A stretch of DNA of 64,000 nucleotides from Squalus acanthias (taxonomy: Eukaryota). A program made the translations under genes and the position numbers. Location: contig CM059432.1 in the NCBI GenBank assembly GCA_030390025.1, positions 40,674,001-40,738,000 on the forward strand, read 5' to 3'. The notes under the pieces are model-generated. The model searched no databases, was not told the DNA's origin, and was given only the letters and a program-made list of their open reading frames with translations. Below are positions 40,038 to 51,710 of this stretch, in pieces. How positions within the stretch are numbered: position 1 is the stretch's first letter; each line of letters begins with the position of its first letter.

Positions 40038-40365
40038 CTGCAAAACATTAAAAAAAACATATTCAACTCCATCACAAATATGAAATACAGAAACTTCCAC
40101 ACACAATTACAAGTTTTTAATTACAGACTGGCAAACACAATAATGTGTGTAATTTATACAAACATATCCATTCCGAATTGTTAAAAACAACAGCATCAAT
40201 GTGGGTAACTTTTACAATTAATTGTGCATTTTTTTCCTCTAAAGGACAAGTTCAAAACAGGTGCAATTTAGCTCAGTGTGGCATATTATTCATGAGTCTA
40301 CCTTAAGTAATAACTCCATGTTATATAAAAGTGTAATCCAATCCTGTTTGACTGTTTATTTATAA

Positions 40366-40581
40366 CCATGATGTGGAGAAGCCGGTGTTGGACTGGGGTG
40401 GACAAATGTGAGAAGTCGCACAACACCAGGTTATAGTCCAACAGGTTTATTTGAAATCACAAGCTTTCGGAGCGCTGCTCCTTCGTCAGGTGAAGTCGAC
40501 TGACGAAGGAGCAGCGCTCCGAAAGCTTGTGATTTCAAATAAACCTGTTGGACTATAACCTGGTGTTGTGCGACTTCTCAC
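40366..40581. mobile_element. Fold-back insertion of a second, probably Penelope-like family: 82-bp perfect inverted repeat with 10-nt spacer
   Basis: Arms 40408-40489 and 40500-40581; 12-bp direct repeat GTTTATTTATAA at 40354-40365 and 40582-40593; family assignment is by analogy to family A and from recall. Confidence 0.82.
40457..40493 (-). ncRNA. Minimal type-I hammerhead ribozyme motif (family B); mirror core on + at 40500-40532
   Basis: UCAC-CUGACGA-A-GGAGC-AGC-GCUCC-GAAAG-CUU/GUGA: stem I UCAC:GUGA, stem II GGAGC:GCUCC, palindromic AAGCUU stem III. Confidence 0.75.
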
Positions 40582-41796
40582 GTTTATTTATAAAACCATG
40601 GTCTGTCTTTGTGCAATTCTGCCCTGCCAATGACCTGGGCTGAGGGGGTATAGTTTACTGCAATTGGAAATATATTAATAGTTATTTTAATAGTCATTAG
40701 ATAAGGTTCTAGTTAAATCACAACCCATAGTTTGGATAGGCCCCGATAAACAGTTAAAGTCTTCTTGATTACAACAGTTCTTCAAACATGCAAGTATTTG
40801 TTTTTTTTTAAAAAAAATATTGGACTCCCACAATTATTCAAAACTGCAGAAATGCAATTGATTTCCAGTGACTGGATTCAGTACCAGGAGGGGATGCCAC
40901 CTTGTCAAATTCAAGCTAGGAGAAACCAAAGTAGATGTGCAGCCAGGAGAGGTTCAGTCATTGAACAGAGTTGGTTCAGAAGAGAAGAGGTACATGCCAT
41001 TGTGAAACAGATTAATGAACCATAGCCACAAATTCACAAAATGACTAAATATCGCTTTTATTACAGGAGATTTTTACAAGCATTTTTTGGGGTTTGAATT
41101 CTGTGACTGTACACTTTTCTGTGAAAACTGTAAAAATAGTAGCCCTGATTTGAACAGCAGAGGGGTTTAGGAAGAATAGCGCATTAAGTCAGAGGATGCC
41201 AGTCATGTCTTTGGCCAGGGCTGCCTCGAATGCTATGAGCAGGGTAAGCTGGACTGAAGGGATTTAACTAGGGTGTTTGGTAGAGAAAAGCATGGAGCTG
41301 GAAGGTGACAACACATTTAAGTCCATTTATTATGGCAAAATAATGGAAACTAATGTTGTGTGGAATGGCATCATTTGAGAGTTTCTGGAAACCACGAGCA
41401 TCCAGGACAAACATAGGTGTAAGGAGTGATTCCCATTCAAGGCTACTGAGCTTGAGAAACAGTGGAGACAATCCAGACTGTACAAGAAAAGGAAAGCTTC
41501 CTATAATGCATATTTCATGTCACTGGCAGCTAAAGAGGAATAGTGAAACAGAGGAAGGGAAGTGGGTGACCATCAGCTGGGGGGGAGGAGGGAAAGAGCA
41601 ACTGAGGTAGAGGCAGTGTGGGAAACTCCTGAGGTTCTGAAGTTGTCTGATGGAGAAGAGGACTGGCTGTGACAAGTCTTTTCTTAAACAAAGTAAGTTG
41701 GTTTATGTAGATGACAAACCAATGGAATTTTCAATTTCATTCTTCCCAAGTATTTTCTCAATCCATGCAATAATGTCTGCATTGCTGACAGTAGTA

Positions 41797-41933
41797 CAAA
41801 AGCGAAATACTGTGGATGCTGGAAATCTGAAATAAAAACAGAAAATGCTGGGAATACTCAGCAGGTTAGGCAGCATCTGTGGACAGAGAAACAGCGTTAA
41901 CGTTTCAGGTATTCCCTGCATTTTCTGTTTTTG
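41797..41933 (-). mobile_element. Penelope-like pLTR fragment (family A) with short fold-back
   Basis: aaatactgtggatgctggaaatctgaaataaaaacagaaaatgctgggaatac...gttaacgtttcaggt then attccctgcattttctgttttt (inverted). Confidence 0.8.
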
Positions 41934-42082
41934 TTATTGCTTACAGTAGTACCTACTTGGAATAAAACTGAGAATATGCCTTGGATAAATAAATTACCTG
42001 TAGTAATTGTGCTGCTACTATGGCAGTCATTTGACAGCAAACTTTTAAAGGTCATTGCAGGATCAGTGAAAGTAAGAAGAAA

Positions 42083-44557
42083 TGTTGAACACCACTTGGA
42101 AGAAGCAAGGGCACAGAATGTACTCTGGGTGGGGGACTTCAATATCCGTCACCAAGAGTGGCTCATTACCACCACTACTGACCGAGCTGGCTGAGTCCCG
42201 AAGGACATAGCTGCCAGACTGGGCCAGCAGCAGGTGGTGAGAGAACCAACACGAGGGAAAATCCTACTTGACCTCGTCCTCACCAATCTACCTGTCGCAG
42301 ATGCATCTGTCCATGACTGTATTGGTATTGGTAGCAGTGAACACCGCAGTCCTTGTGGAGACGAAGTCCCGTCTTCACACTGAGGACACCCTCCATCATG
42401 TTGTGTGGCACCACCACCGTGCTAAATGGGATAGATTCAGAACAGATCTAGCAGCTCAAAACTGGGCATCCATGAGGTGCTGTGGGCCATCAGCAGCAGC
42501 AGAATTGTATCCCACCACAATCTCTAACCTCATGGTCCGGCATATCCCTCACTCTACCATTTCCATCAAGCCAGGAAACCAACCCTGGTTCAATGAAGAG
42601 TGTAGAAGAGCATGCCAGGAGCAGGACCAGGTGTACCTAAAAATGAGGTGCCAACCTGGGGATGCTGCAACACAGGACTACATGCATGCTAAACAGCAGA
42701 AGCAGCATGCTATAGACAGAGCTAAGTTGAGATCAAAGCTCTGCAGTCCTGTCACATCGAGTCGTGAATGGTGGTGGACAATTAAACAACTAACGGGAGG
42801 AGTGGACTCCATGAACATCCCCATCCTCAATGATGATGGAGCCTAGCACGTGAATGCAAAAGACAAGGCTAAAGCGTTTGCAACCATCTTCAGCCAGAAG
42901 TGCCGAGTGGATGATCCATATTGGCCTCCTCCTGAGGGCCCCACCATCAGAGAAGACAGTCGTCAGCCAATTTGATTCACTCCTAGTGATATCAAGAAAT
43001 GGCTGAGCGCACTGGATACAGCAAAGGCTATGGGCCCCGACAATATCCGGCTGTCGTGCTAAAGACTTGTGCTCCAGAACTAGCTGCGCCTCTAGCCAAG
43101 CTGTTCCAGTACAGCTACAATACTAGCACCTACCAGACAATGTAAAAAAACTGCCCAGGTATGTCCTGTCCACAAAATGCAGGACAAATCCAATCCAGCC
43201 AATTACCGCCCTATCAGTCTACTCTCAATCATTAGCAAAGTGATGGGAGGCGTCATCGACAGTGCTATCAAGCAGCACTTAGTCACCAATAGCCTGCTCA
43301 CTGATGCCCAGTTTGGGTTCCGCCAAGAACACTCGGCTCCTGACCTCATTACAGCCTTGGTCCAAACATGGACAAAGAAGCTGAATTCCAGAGGTGAGGG
43401 GAGAGTGACTGCCCTTGACATCAAGGCAGCATTTGACCGAGTGTGGCATCAAGGAGCCCTCATAAATCTGAAGTCAATGGGAATCAGGAGGAAAACTCTC
43501 CACTGGCTGGAGTCATACCTAGCACAAAGGAAGATGGTTGTGGTGGTTGGAGGTCAATCATCACAGCCCCAGGACATCGCTGCAGGAGTTCCTCAGGGCA
43601 GTGTCCTAGGCCCAACCATCTTAAGCTGCTTCATCAATGACCTTCCCTCCAACATAAGGTCAGAAATGGGGATGTTCGCTGATGACTGCACAGTGTTCAG
43701 TGCCATTCACAACTTCTCAGATAATGAAGCAGTCTATGCCCACATGCAACAAGAACTGGACGACGTTCAGGCTTGGGCTGATAAGTGGCAGGTAACATTC
43801 GTGCCAGGCAATGACTATCTCTAACAAGCGAGAGTCTAACCATCATCCCTTGACATTCAACGACATTACCATCGCCGAATCCCCCACCATCAACATCCTG
43901 GGGGTCACCATTAACCAGAAACATAACTGGACCAGCCACATAAATACTGTGGCAACAACAGCAGGTCAGAGGCTCGGTATTCTGCGGCGAGTGTCTCACC
44001 TCCTGACTCCCCAAAGCCTTTCCACCATCTACAAGGCACAAGTAAGGAGTGTGATGGAATACTCTCCACTTGCCTGGATGAGTGCAGCGCCAACAACACC
44101 CAAGAAGCTCAACACCATCCAAGACAAAGCAGCCCGCTTGATTGGCACCCCATCCACCACCTTAAACATTCACTCCCTCCACCACCGTGCGTACCGTGGC
44201 TGCAGTGTATACAATCTACAAGATGCACTGCAGCAACTCGCCAAGGCTTCTTCGGCAGCACCTCCCAAACCCGCGACCTCTTCCACCTAGAAGGACAAGG
44301 GCAGCAGGCGCATGGGAACACCATCACCTCCAAGTTCCCCTCCAAGTCACACATTATCCTGACTTAGAAGTATATCGACGATCCTTCATCGTCGCTGGGT
44401 CAAAATCCTGGAACTCCCTAACAGCACTATGGGAGTACCTTCACCACACTGATTGCAGCGGTTCAAGAAGGCGGCTCACCACCACCTTCTCAAGGGCAAT
44501 TAGGGATGGGCAATAAATGCTGGTCCTGCCAGCGACGTCCACATCCCAGGAACGAAT
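42083..44557 (+). mobile_element. Long CR1/L2-group LINE of a distinct family (endonuclease end, RT and 3' end), decayed
   Basis: VLWVGDFN (APE), NYRPISLLS, LDIKAAFDRVWH, GVPQGSVLGP, MFADDC; several stops and frameshifts. Confidence 0.92.
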
Positions 44558-44585
44558 TTAAAAAAAGGAAAATACACATACTTAC

Positions 44586-44835
44586 ACTTGCTCTTTGTAT
44601 CCTTGCTTCCTGTGCTGGCCGTTCTGTCTGTCGGCGTCAGTTTTTCTGTGCGTTCCTCCTCTTCTTCCTCCTTTGAGACAATTTCTTCTGCACAGGCTTG
44701 TTCGACCTCATCCTTCGGGACAGACTCTTCCAGGCATGCATCTGCTGCTGCCGCCGCCGCCATGGGCTTGGCCTCCTCCTGAATGGCGGGTTCTTCTAAA
44801 CATTTCTGTGTTCTTCTCTTTCTCAGCTCTGTCAT
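44586..44835 (-). CDS. DPY19L4: DPY19L4 exon (equivalent to exon 2): MTELRKRRTQKCLEE...GSKDTKSK; exon starts at 44840
   Basis: Acceptor ttacag|GTGAAATG (AG at 44842-44841); donor AAGT|gtaag; 250 nt, phase 1 fits the next exon (T+CT=Ser). ELRKR resembles the ELRQR N-terminal motif of DPY19 proteins. Confidence 0.8.
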
Positions 44836-45431
44836 TTCACCTGTAATGCAAAAGCTATTGCATTACTAAAATGGTTATAATACTTGGAACTAAACAGCAC
44901 TACAAAAATCACTTTCAGAAAATTAAAAATTACCATGATCCTCCACTGGTACCTCGGACATAAAAAAAAACTTTGGACAAACGGTTTACTATTTATGTAG
45001 GGTGGGATATGTGTACTGTGGGGATTAAAGCAGGGACAGGGTACTGGATTTGGATGATCAGCCATGATCGTATTGAATGGTGGAGCAGGCTCGACGGGCC
45101 GAATGGCCTACTCCTGCTCCTAGATTCTATGTTTCTATGTATTCAACAGGTACATAATAAATGAAAATGTAGTCAGTAAATAGAGAAACAGAAATATAAG
45201 CTCATTTATAATTGTATTTATAAAAATATCGGATATTTTATATTCTGAGCCGCAGTATTTGCCACCTACAGATTTTACTTTGAGGAATGATTTTACACAA
45301 AAATTTGAAAAATAATATTACTGCTACTCCTTCAAAATATTTAATGTCCCCACTAAATAGCTTATTACTGCTTGGCACAGCAAATAGAAAATTAGATACT
45401 AAAGAATTAAAGAAATAATTTATAATTCGCA

Positions 45432-47185
45432 ACCAATATACATTCCTTTAAGGAATAAAAACCCCACGGGAAATGTGGTCCAACTGTGGCTAACAAGAGA
45501 AGTTAAAGATAGTATTAGATTAAAGGAGGAGGCTTATAATGTTGCCAAAAAGGAGCAGAAAGCCTGAGGATTGGGAGGATTTTAGAATTCAGCAAAGGAT
45601 GACCAAGAAATTGATGAAGAGAAAGAAACTAGAGTATGAGAGTAAACTAGCAAGAGACATAAAAACAGCTTCTATAGGTATGTAAAAAGGAAGAGATTAC
45701 CGAAAGTAAACGTAGGTCTCAGAGGCAGGGACAGGAGAAATTATAATGGCGAATAAGGAAACGGCAGAGACATTAAACAAATCTTTGTATCTGTCCTCAC
45801 GGCAGAAGACACGAAAAACATTTTGGAAATAGTGGGGAACCAAGGGTCTCGTGAGAATGAGGAACTTGGATCAGTAAAGAAAGAGTACTGGGGAAATTAA
45901 TGGGACAAATTACCTGGACGTGTTGGCCTATATCCTAGGGTTTTAAAAGAACTGGCTATAGAGATAGTGGATGCATTGGTTTTGATCTTCCAGATTTCCC
46001 TAGATTTTAGAATGGTCCCCGAAAATTGGAAGGTAGAAAACATTACCTCGCTATTCAAGAAAGGAGGGAGAGAGAAAACAGGGAACTGTAGGCCAGTTAG
46101 CCTGACATCAGTAGTATGGAAAATGCTAGAATCTATTATTAGGGACATGGTAACAAGGCACTTAGAAAAATCATAATATGACTGAGCAGATTACGGATTT
46201 CTGAAAGGGAAATCATGTTTGACAAATCTGTTTTTTGAGATTGTAACTAGCAGGTTAGATAAGGGGGAAGCAGAGAATGTAGATTATTTCAATTTTCAAA
46301 AAGCATTCGATAAGGTGCCATACAAGAAGTTATTACACAAAATTATGGCTCATCGGATGGGGTAATGTTGGAGAAAATAGAAAATCAGAATATTTTTTAA
46401 ACGGTGAGAGACTGGGAAAGGCTGGTGTTCAGAGGGATCTTGTTGTCCTTGTACAGGAATCACAGAAAGTTAACATGCAGGTACAGCAAGCAATTAGGAA
46501 AGCAAATGGTATGTTCGCCTTTCTTACAAAGAGACTGTAGTACAAGAGTAAAGGAGTCTTACTGCAATTATATAGGGCCTTGGTGAGACCACACCTGGAG
46601 TACTGTGTACAGTTTTGGTCTCCTTACCTAAGGAAGGATATACTTGAATTAGAGGGAGTGCATCAACGGTTCACTAGACTGAGTCCTGGGATAAGTGGAT
46701 TGTCCTTGGAGGAGAGATTGAGTAGACTGTCCTTGGAGGAGAGATTGAGTAGACTAGGCCTATATTCTCTAGAGTTTAAAAGAATGAGAGGTGATCTCAT
46801 TGAAACATAGAAAAATTCTGAGAGGGCTTTACAGGGTAGATGCCGAGAGGTTGTTTCCCCTGGCTGGAGAGTCTAGAACTAGGGGTCGCAGTCTCAGAAT
46901 AAGGGGTCGGCCATTTAAGACTGAGATCAGGAGAAATTTCTTCACTCGGAGGGTGGTGAATCTTTGGAATTCTCTACCCCAGAGGGCTGTGGAGGCTCAG
47001 TCGTTGAGGATATTCAAGGCAGAGATTGATAGATTTTTGTAGACTAAGGGAATCAGGGGATATGGGGAGAGTGCGGGAAGGTGGAGTTGAGTTAGACGAT
47101 CAGCCATGATCTTATTGAATGGTGGAGCAGGCTCGAAGGACCAAATAGCCTACTCCTGCTCCTATTTGTTCTGTTCTTATATGTT
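45432..47185 (+). mobile_element. CR1 LINE fragment with internal deletion
   Basis: PWLTREVK.., [22 protein letters not shown], 3' tail. Confidence 0.9.
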
Positions 47186-47339
47186 CTGAGCAGAGGCACA
47201 CAGAACCTTTTCTCAATTTTCTGTGACGTATGCAATTCCACAACATTATTAATATAAATAGAGGAGGTCAGGAACTCAGGGTGGGAGGCGGGAGATGGAG
47301 AGGGTATGGAATTCGGGGGGGGGGGGGGGGGGGGGAGGA

Positions 47340-49240
47340 GAGCATGACGAGGGAGAATACAAAGAAATTAGGAGAGGAGAGAAGTAAAAAAAAAAACACG
47401 ATTAGGAAGGCAAAGAGAAACTATGAAATTAAATTATCAAGGAACATAAAACAAAATAGTAAAATATTCTACAGGCACCCAAATGAAAAAAAAGGAAGGT
47501 TGGATGGGAATAGGGCCACTAAGGGATGGACAGGATAATATCACAGGCAGCGATAGAGAAATGGCAAGAATATTAAATAATTACTTTGCTTCAGTATTTA
47601 CCAGGGAGACAGAACAGGTGGATATGACATCGGATGATCAGAAATGATTTAAGCGCATTTAAAATAAAAAGCGGAGAAATATTAAATAAACTAATCAAAC
47701 TCAGAGGATAAAACCCGTGGACTGGACAGATTACATCCGCGCATTTTAAAAGATTCTAGGGAAGAGATAGCAGAGGCACTACTACACATATTCAATAATT
47801 CGTTAGAAAAAGGTGTAGTGCCAGATATCTATATTTAAGAAGGGAGATAGGACATGTGCATAGACCAGTCAGCTTAACATCGATGGTAGGAAAAATAATG
47901 GAATCCCTATTAAAGGAGAAAAAAGATCTAGAAACCAAAAATATAATAATGAATAGACAGCATGGATTTCAAAACGGAAAGTCTTACTTGACCAACCTCA
48001 CTGAATTTTTTGAAGAGGTAACAGAGAGAGTAGACAAGGACAATGCAGTAGATGTAATTTATCTAGATTTTCAAAAGACTTTCGATAACGTACCACATAA
48101 CAGACTAATGAATAAGGTCAGAGAATGCGGAGTCAGTGGACAAGTAGCAGAATGGATAGCTGGCTTCAAGACAGAAAGCAGGGAATAGGGTAAAGGGTAG
48201 CTATTCAGAGTGGCAGAAGGTATTCCACAAATGGTGTTCCACAAGAATCAGTACTGGGACCAATGTTGTTCACAATTTAAACTTTGGAATCAAAACCACA
48301 ATTTCTAAATTTGCGGATGACACCAAATTGGAGGGGTGGCGGGGGGGAGTAGTAGTCAATACTGAGGAGGACTGCAACAAATTACAAGACATTAATAAAC
48401 TTGCAGAATGGGCATATAATTAGCAAATTAAGTTCTTCGACACAGATAAATGTGAGGTATTACATTTTGGTAAGAAACATAGGGAGGTCACATATTACTT
48501 GGAAAATAAGAATCTAAATGGGGTAGAAGTGCAAAGGGATCTCGGAGTACAAATACAAAAATCACTAAAAAGTAGCGACGCAGGTTAACAAGACCATAAA
48601 AAAAAACAAGCACGAGGGTTTATTTCTAGAGGGATTGAATTGAAAAGTAGAGAAGTTATGCTAAACTTGTATCAAAACTTGGTTAGACCACACTTGGAGT
48701 ACTGCTTACAATTCTGGTCGCCATATTATAAAAAGGAGAGAGAGGCACTGGAGAGAGTGCAAAAAAGATTTGCAGGGATTGTACCAGAACCCATCAGGAA
48801 AGGATGAAAAGGCTGGATCGCTTTTCTCTTGAAAAGAGAAGGCTGAGGGGTGACCTAATAGAGGTCTTTAAAATTATGAAAGGTTTTGATAGAGTAGATA
48901 CAGAGAGGGTGTTTCCACTTGTGGGGAAGAACAAAACTAGAGGCAATCAATATAAGATAGTCACCAAAAAATCAAATAGGGAATTCAGTAGAAACTTCTT
49001 TACCCAGAGATTGTTGAGAATGTGGAACTCGCTACTACAGGGAGTGGTTGAAGCGACTACTATAGATGCATCTAAAGGGAGGCTAGATAAGCATGTGAGG
49101 GAGAAGGGAATAGAGGGTTATGCTGATAGATTTAGATGAGGAAAGACGGGAGGAGGCTCGAGTGGAGCATAAACGTCGGCATGGACTGGTTGGGCCAAAT
49201 GGCCTGTTTCTGTGCTGTATATCCTATGTATTCCTATGTA
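47340..49240 (+). mobile_element. CR1 LINE fragment
   Basis: ORFs 47856..48188 and 48804..49139; same subfamily as 22688-24058. Confidence 0.9.
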
Positions 49241-49959
49241 AATACAGACTCTATAACAGCCTGTACTGTATACACAGAAGCTTTTGCACTATTTTGGTCT
49301 GTATTTTTGTGATTTGTTGTGGCCCTCTTATAAGCACTCTCACCAAGAATGGTGTATTTCATGACTCAGATCTCTTGATCCATCTTTCTACACTGTGATT
49401 ATTTGCACGGGGTCCTCTACGTCCTTCTGCACATGCACACGGTATGTTAGACATGGATCACGGTCTTCCAATCGGATGAATTAGTGAATCCCTTCCCACA
49501 CACTGAGCAAGTGAATGGCCCTCTCTCCAGTGTGAACTCGCTGGTGTGTTAGAAGGTTGAATACACATACACACCTCACACATGGACCCCACCCAGAGAC
49601 GCAACCCCCACACACGCACGTACCTCCCATACACGCGGTCCATTCATTTTGAATTACAGAATTATCACGTACAGAAGGAAAAAAAAATAAAACTCCAAAG
49701 AAGTAACTAACCCACTAATTAGAGTATAAAGTCTTTTATTTTACCAGCCAAGGACAACTATAATTACAATTGCAGATTACTAGATAACAGAGGATCTTCA
49801 TAAAGCTAACTACACTTCCACTTCTGTAAGCTGCGTGACAAGACTGGATCAAATTACACATGCAGACTCTTCTACAGCAGGCAGAATCAAATTTCACATT
49901 CCAGACAAACTGTTGGGTGTGTCTTGTCCTCAAAGGGGACCAATCAGAAATCTTGTCCA

Positions 49960-50345
49960 ACCCTCCTCCTCGGCTATTCTGCTGTAACCATTTACACCTC
50001 CTCTGGACCCATCTTTTGTTTCTCTACTTGTCTCATTATTACCTAATTTTGCCTTGCACCAGCATCACTTTTGTCACTTAATCACTCCTGCCCCTCTAGC
50101 CTATCACTTTTGTTCCTTGTCCCTTTACCCTGGCTCTGTACTTGCTTAAAAACTATTGATCTCCAGCAAATAAAGCAAAAGCTAAATACTCAAAATGCTG
50201 AAAACACACAGCAGGTCAGGCAGCATCTGTGGAAAGAGAAACAGAGTTAACGTTGCAGGTCGATGACCTTTTAGCCTGAAAGGTTCTTTCTCCACAGATG
50301 CTGGCTGACCTGCTGAATGTCTCTAGCATTTTGTGTTTTTATTTC
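49960..50345. mobile_element. Degraded Penelope-like 3' UTR plus decayed fold-back pLTR (family A)
   Basis: 49985-50155 resembles 52135-52320; 50190-50340 has cagcaggtcaggcagcatctgtggaaagag...tctccacagatgctggctgacctgctg inverted arms. Confidence 0.72.
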
Positions 50346-50483
50346 TCTCTGTCCATGGTTGCCACTAATCACATTCTAAAATTACCAGCAATCAAAAGCA
50401 CTTGCAGAAAGTGGGCAATGCCAGAATTTTTCCTAATTATGTTTTCACAAACCAGATGAAATCCTTCACTACAGAAAGAGAGT

Positions 50484-50831
50484 GGGGGGAAAATTGGGTT
50501 GATTTATGCCTCTCGTTAGTGCCCCCAGGGGGCGCTAACTAGGCAAATCCACCAGCGCCCGGGAGCGGCGCCCCTGATGCCTCCCGCGAAATTCAGCGGG
50601 AGTTTAGCGCCGGCGTTGGCCAGTAGTGCCCCGCGGTTCCACCGATGATGAAGTCATTGCCGTGCGCAGCGCCCCGGCCGCAAACTTCGCTTGCGCCCCC
50701 AGACCTATCGCCGGATGATATGTCCGACAGGGTCGGGGGCCGATTTTGCAGCGGCGGCGCTAGGAAAAGGGGCAGGTGCCGGGCGGCCATTTTGTTTGGG
50801 CCGACAATTGGGGCTGGCAAATTCTAGCCCC
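50484..50831. mobile_element. GC/CpG-rich MITE-like element
   Basis: Ends GGGGGGAAAATT / AATTCTAGCCCC; internal palindromes such as ttagtgcccccagggggcgctaa. Confidence 0.6.
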
Positions 50832-51477
50832 ATAATGTCTTCGGAATTATATTCCCGCTCTCAAACAACTGTTGTTATCTTGCTGCTTTAAAACGTATAA
50901 TTTTTAATAGTCTTTGAGTAGACATGGTACTCATTTTATCCACTATGAAAACGTACACACCCTAAAACAAGGAGACCTCTCTGCAATTCATCGAATAAGG
51001 TCAGTGGATCATTGAAGTCTACCTGAACAGGCAGATGGGGTGAGCCTTGGTTTAACATCTGATCCGAGAAACGCATCTCCAATAGTGCAATACTCCAGAA
51101 AATTGTCACTAGTTTATGTGCTCAAGTCCTAGAGAGAGAACATACAACTTCTGACTCCGAGATAAGAGTGCGACCAACTGATGACCGTGTTACTCCGCTA
51201 GCAAAATGGCAGGTCCGTGTGGACACATGATCTATGAGAGCAGGCATCTGCTGGATTTTCCCCCCTCACAGTAATGACAGCCATAATTTTGCTTTGCCTC
51301 TTCCCAACCTTGCTTTTACCTCAACTTCAAGCAGCAGTTCTTGGGCTACCCGTGTTGCTTTCCTTGTCCTCTTGCCACATTATCCCTACTTGGCCTCCCA
51401 CTTGATCACGACCGCTCTTCTTTTCAGGTGGCCTCTGCTTGATTCGTCCCTCCGTGGCAGCCGAGTCCACTCCTCCA

Positions 51478-51710
51478 GCACCGCAACACCCGCTCCCCTT
51501 CCCACGGCACCGCAACACCCGCTTCCCCTTCCCACAGCACCGCAACACCCGCTCCCCTTCCCACGGCACCGCAACACCCGCTCCCCTTCCCACAGCACCG
51601 CAACACCCGCTCCCCTTCCCACAGCACCGCAACACCCGCTCCCCTTCCCACAGCACCGCAACACCCGCTCCCCTTCCCACGGCACCGCAACACTCGCTCC
51701 CCTTCCCACA
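51478..51710 (+). repeat. Minisatellite, 8 x 29 bp (GCACCGCAACACCCGCTCCCCTTCCCACR)
   Basis: Near-identical units seen directly; one unit has a 1-nt insertion. Confidence 0.95.

Larger units (their letters stand above)
2486..44840 (-). other. DPY19L4: DPY19L4 gene (partial): 11 consecutive coding exons; 3' part continues beyond position 1, exon 1 not identified
   Basis: Spliced translation contains [89 protein letters not shown] and [26 protein letters not shown], colinear with recalled human DPY19L4. All junctions are AG/GT with compatible phases. Confidence 0.93.

Noticed and set aside
51478..51710. 29-bp repeats as a CRISPR array
   Set aside because: Head-to-tail units without unique spacers, in a vertebrate context with no cas genes.
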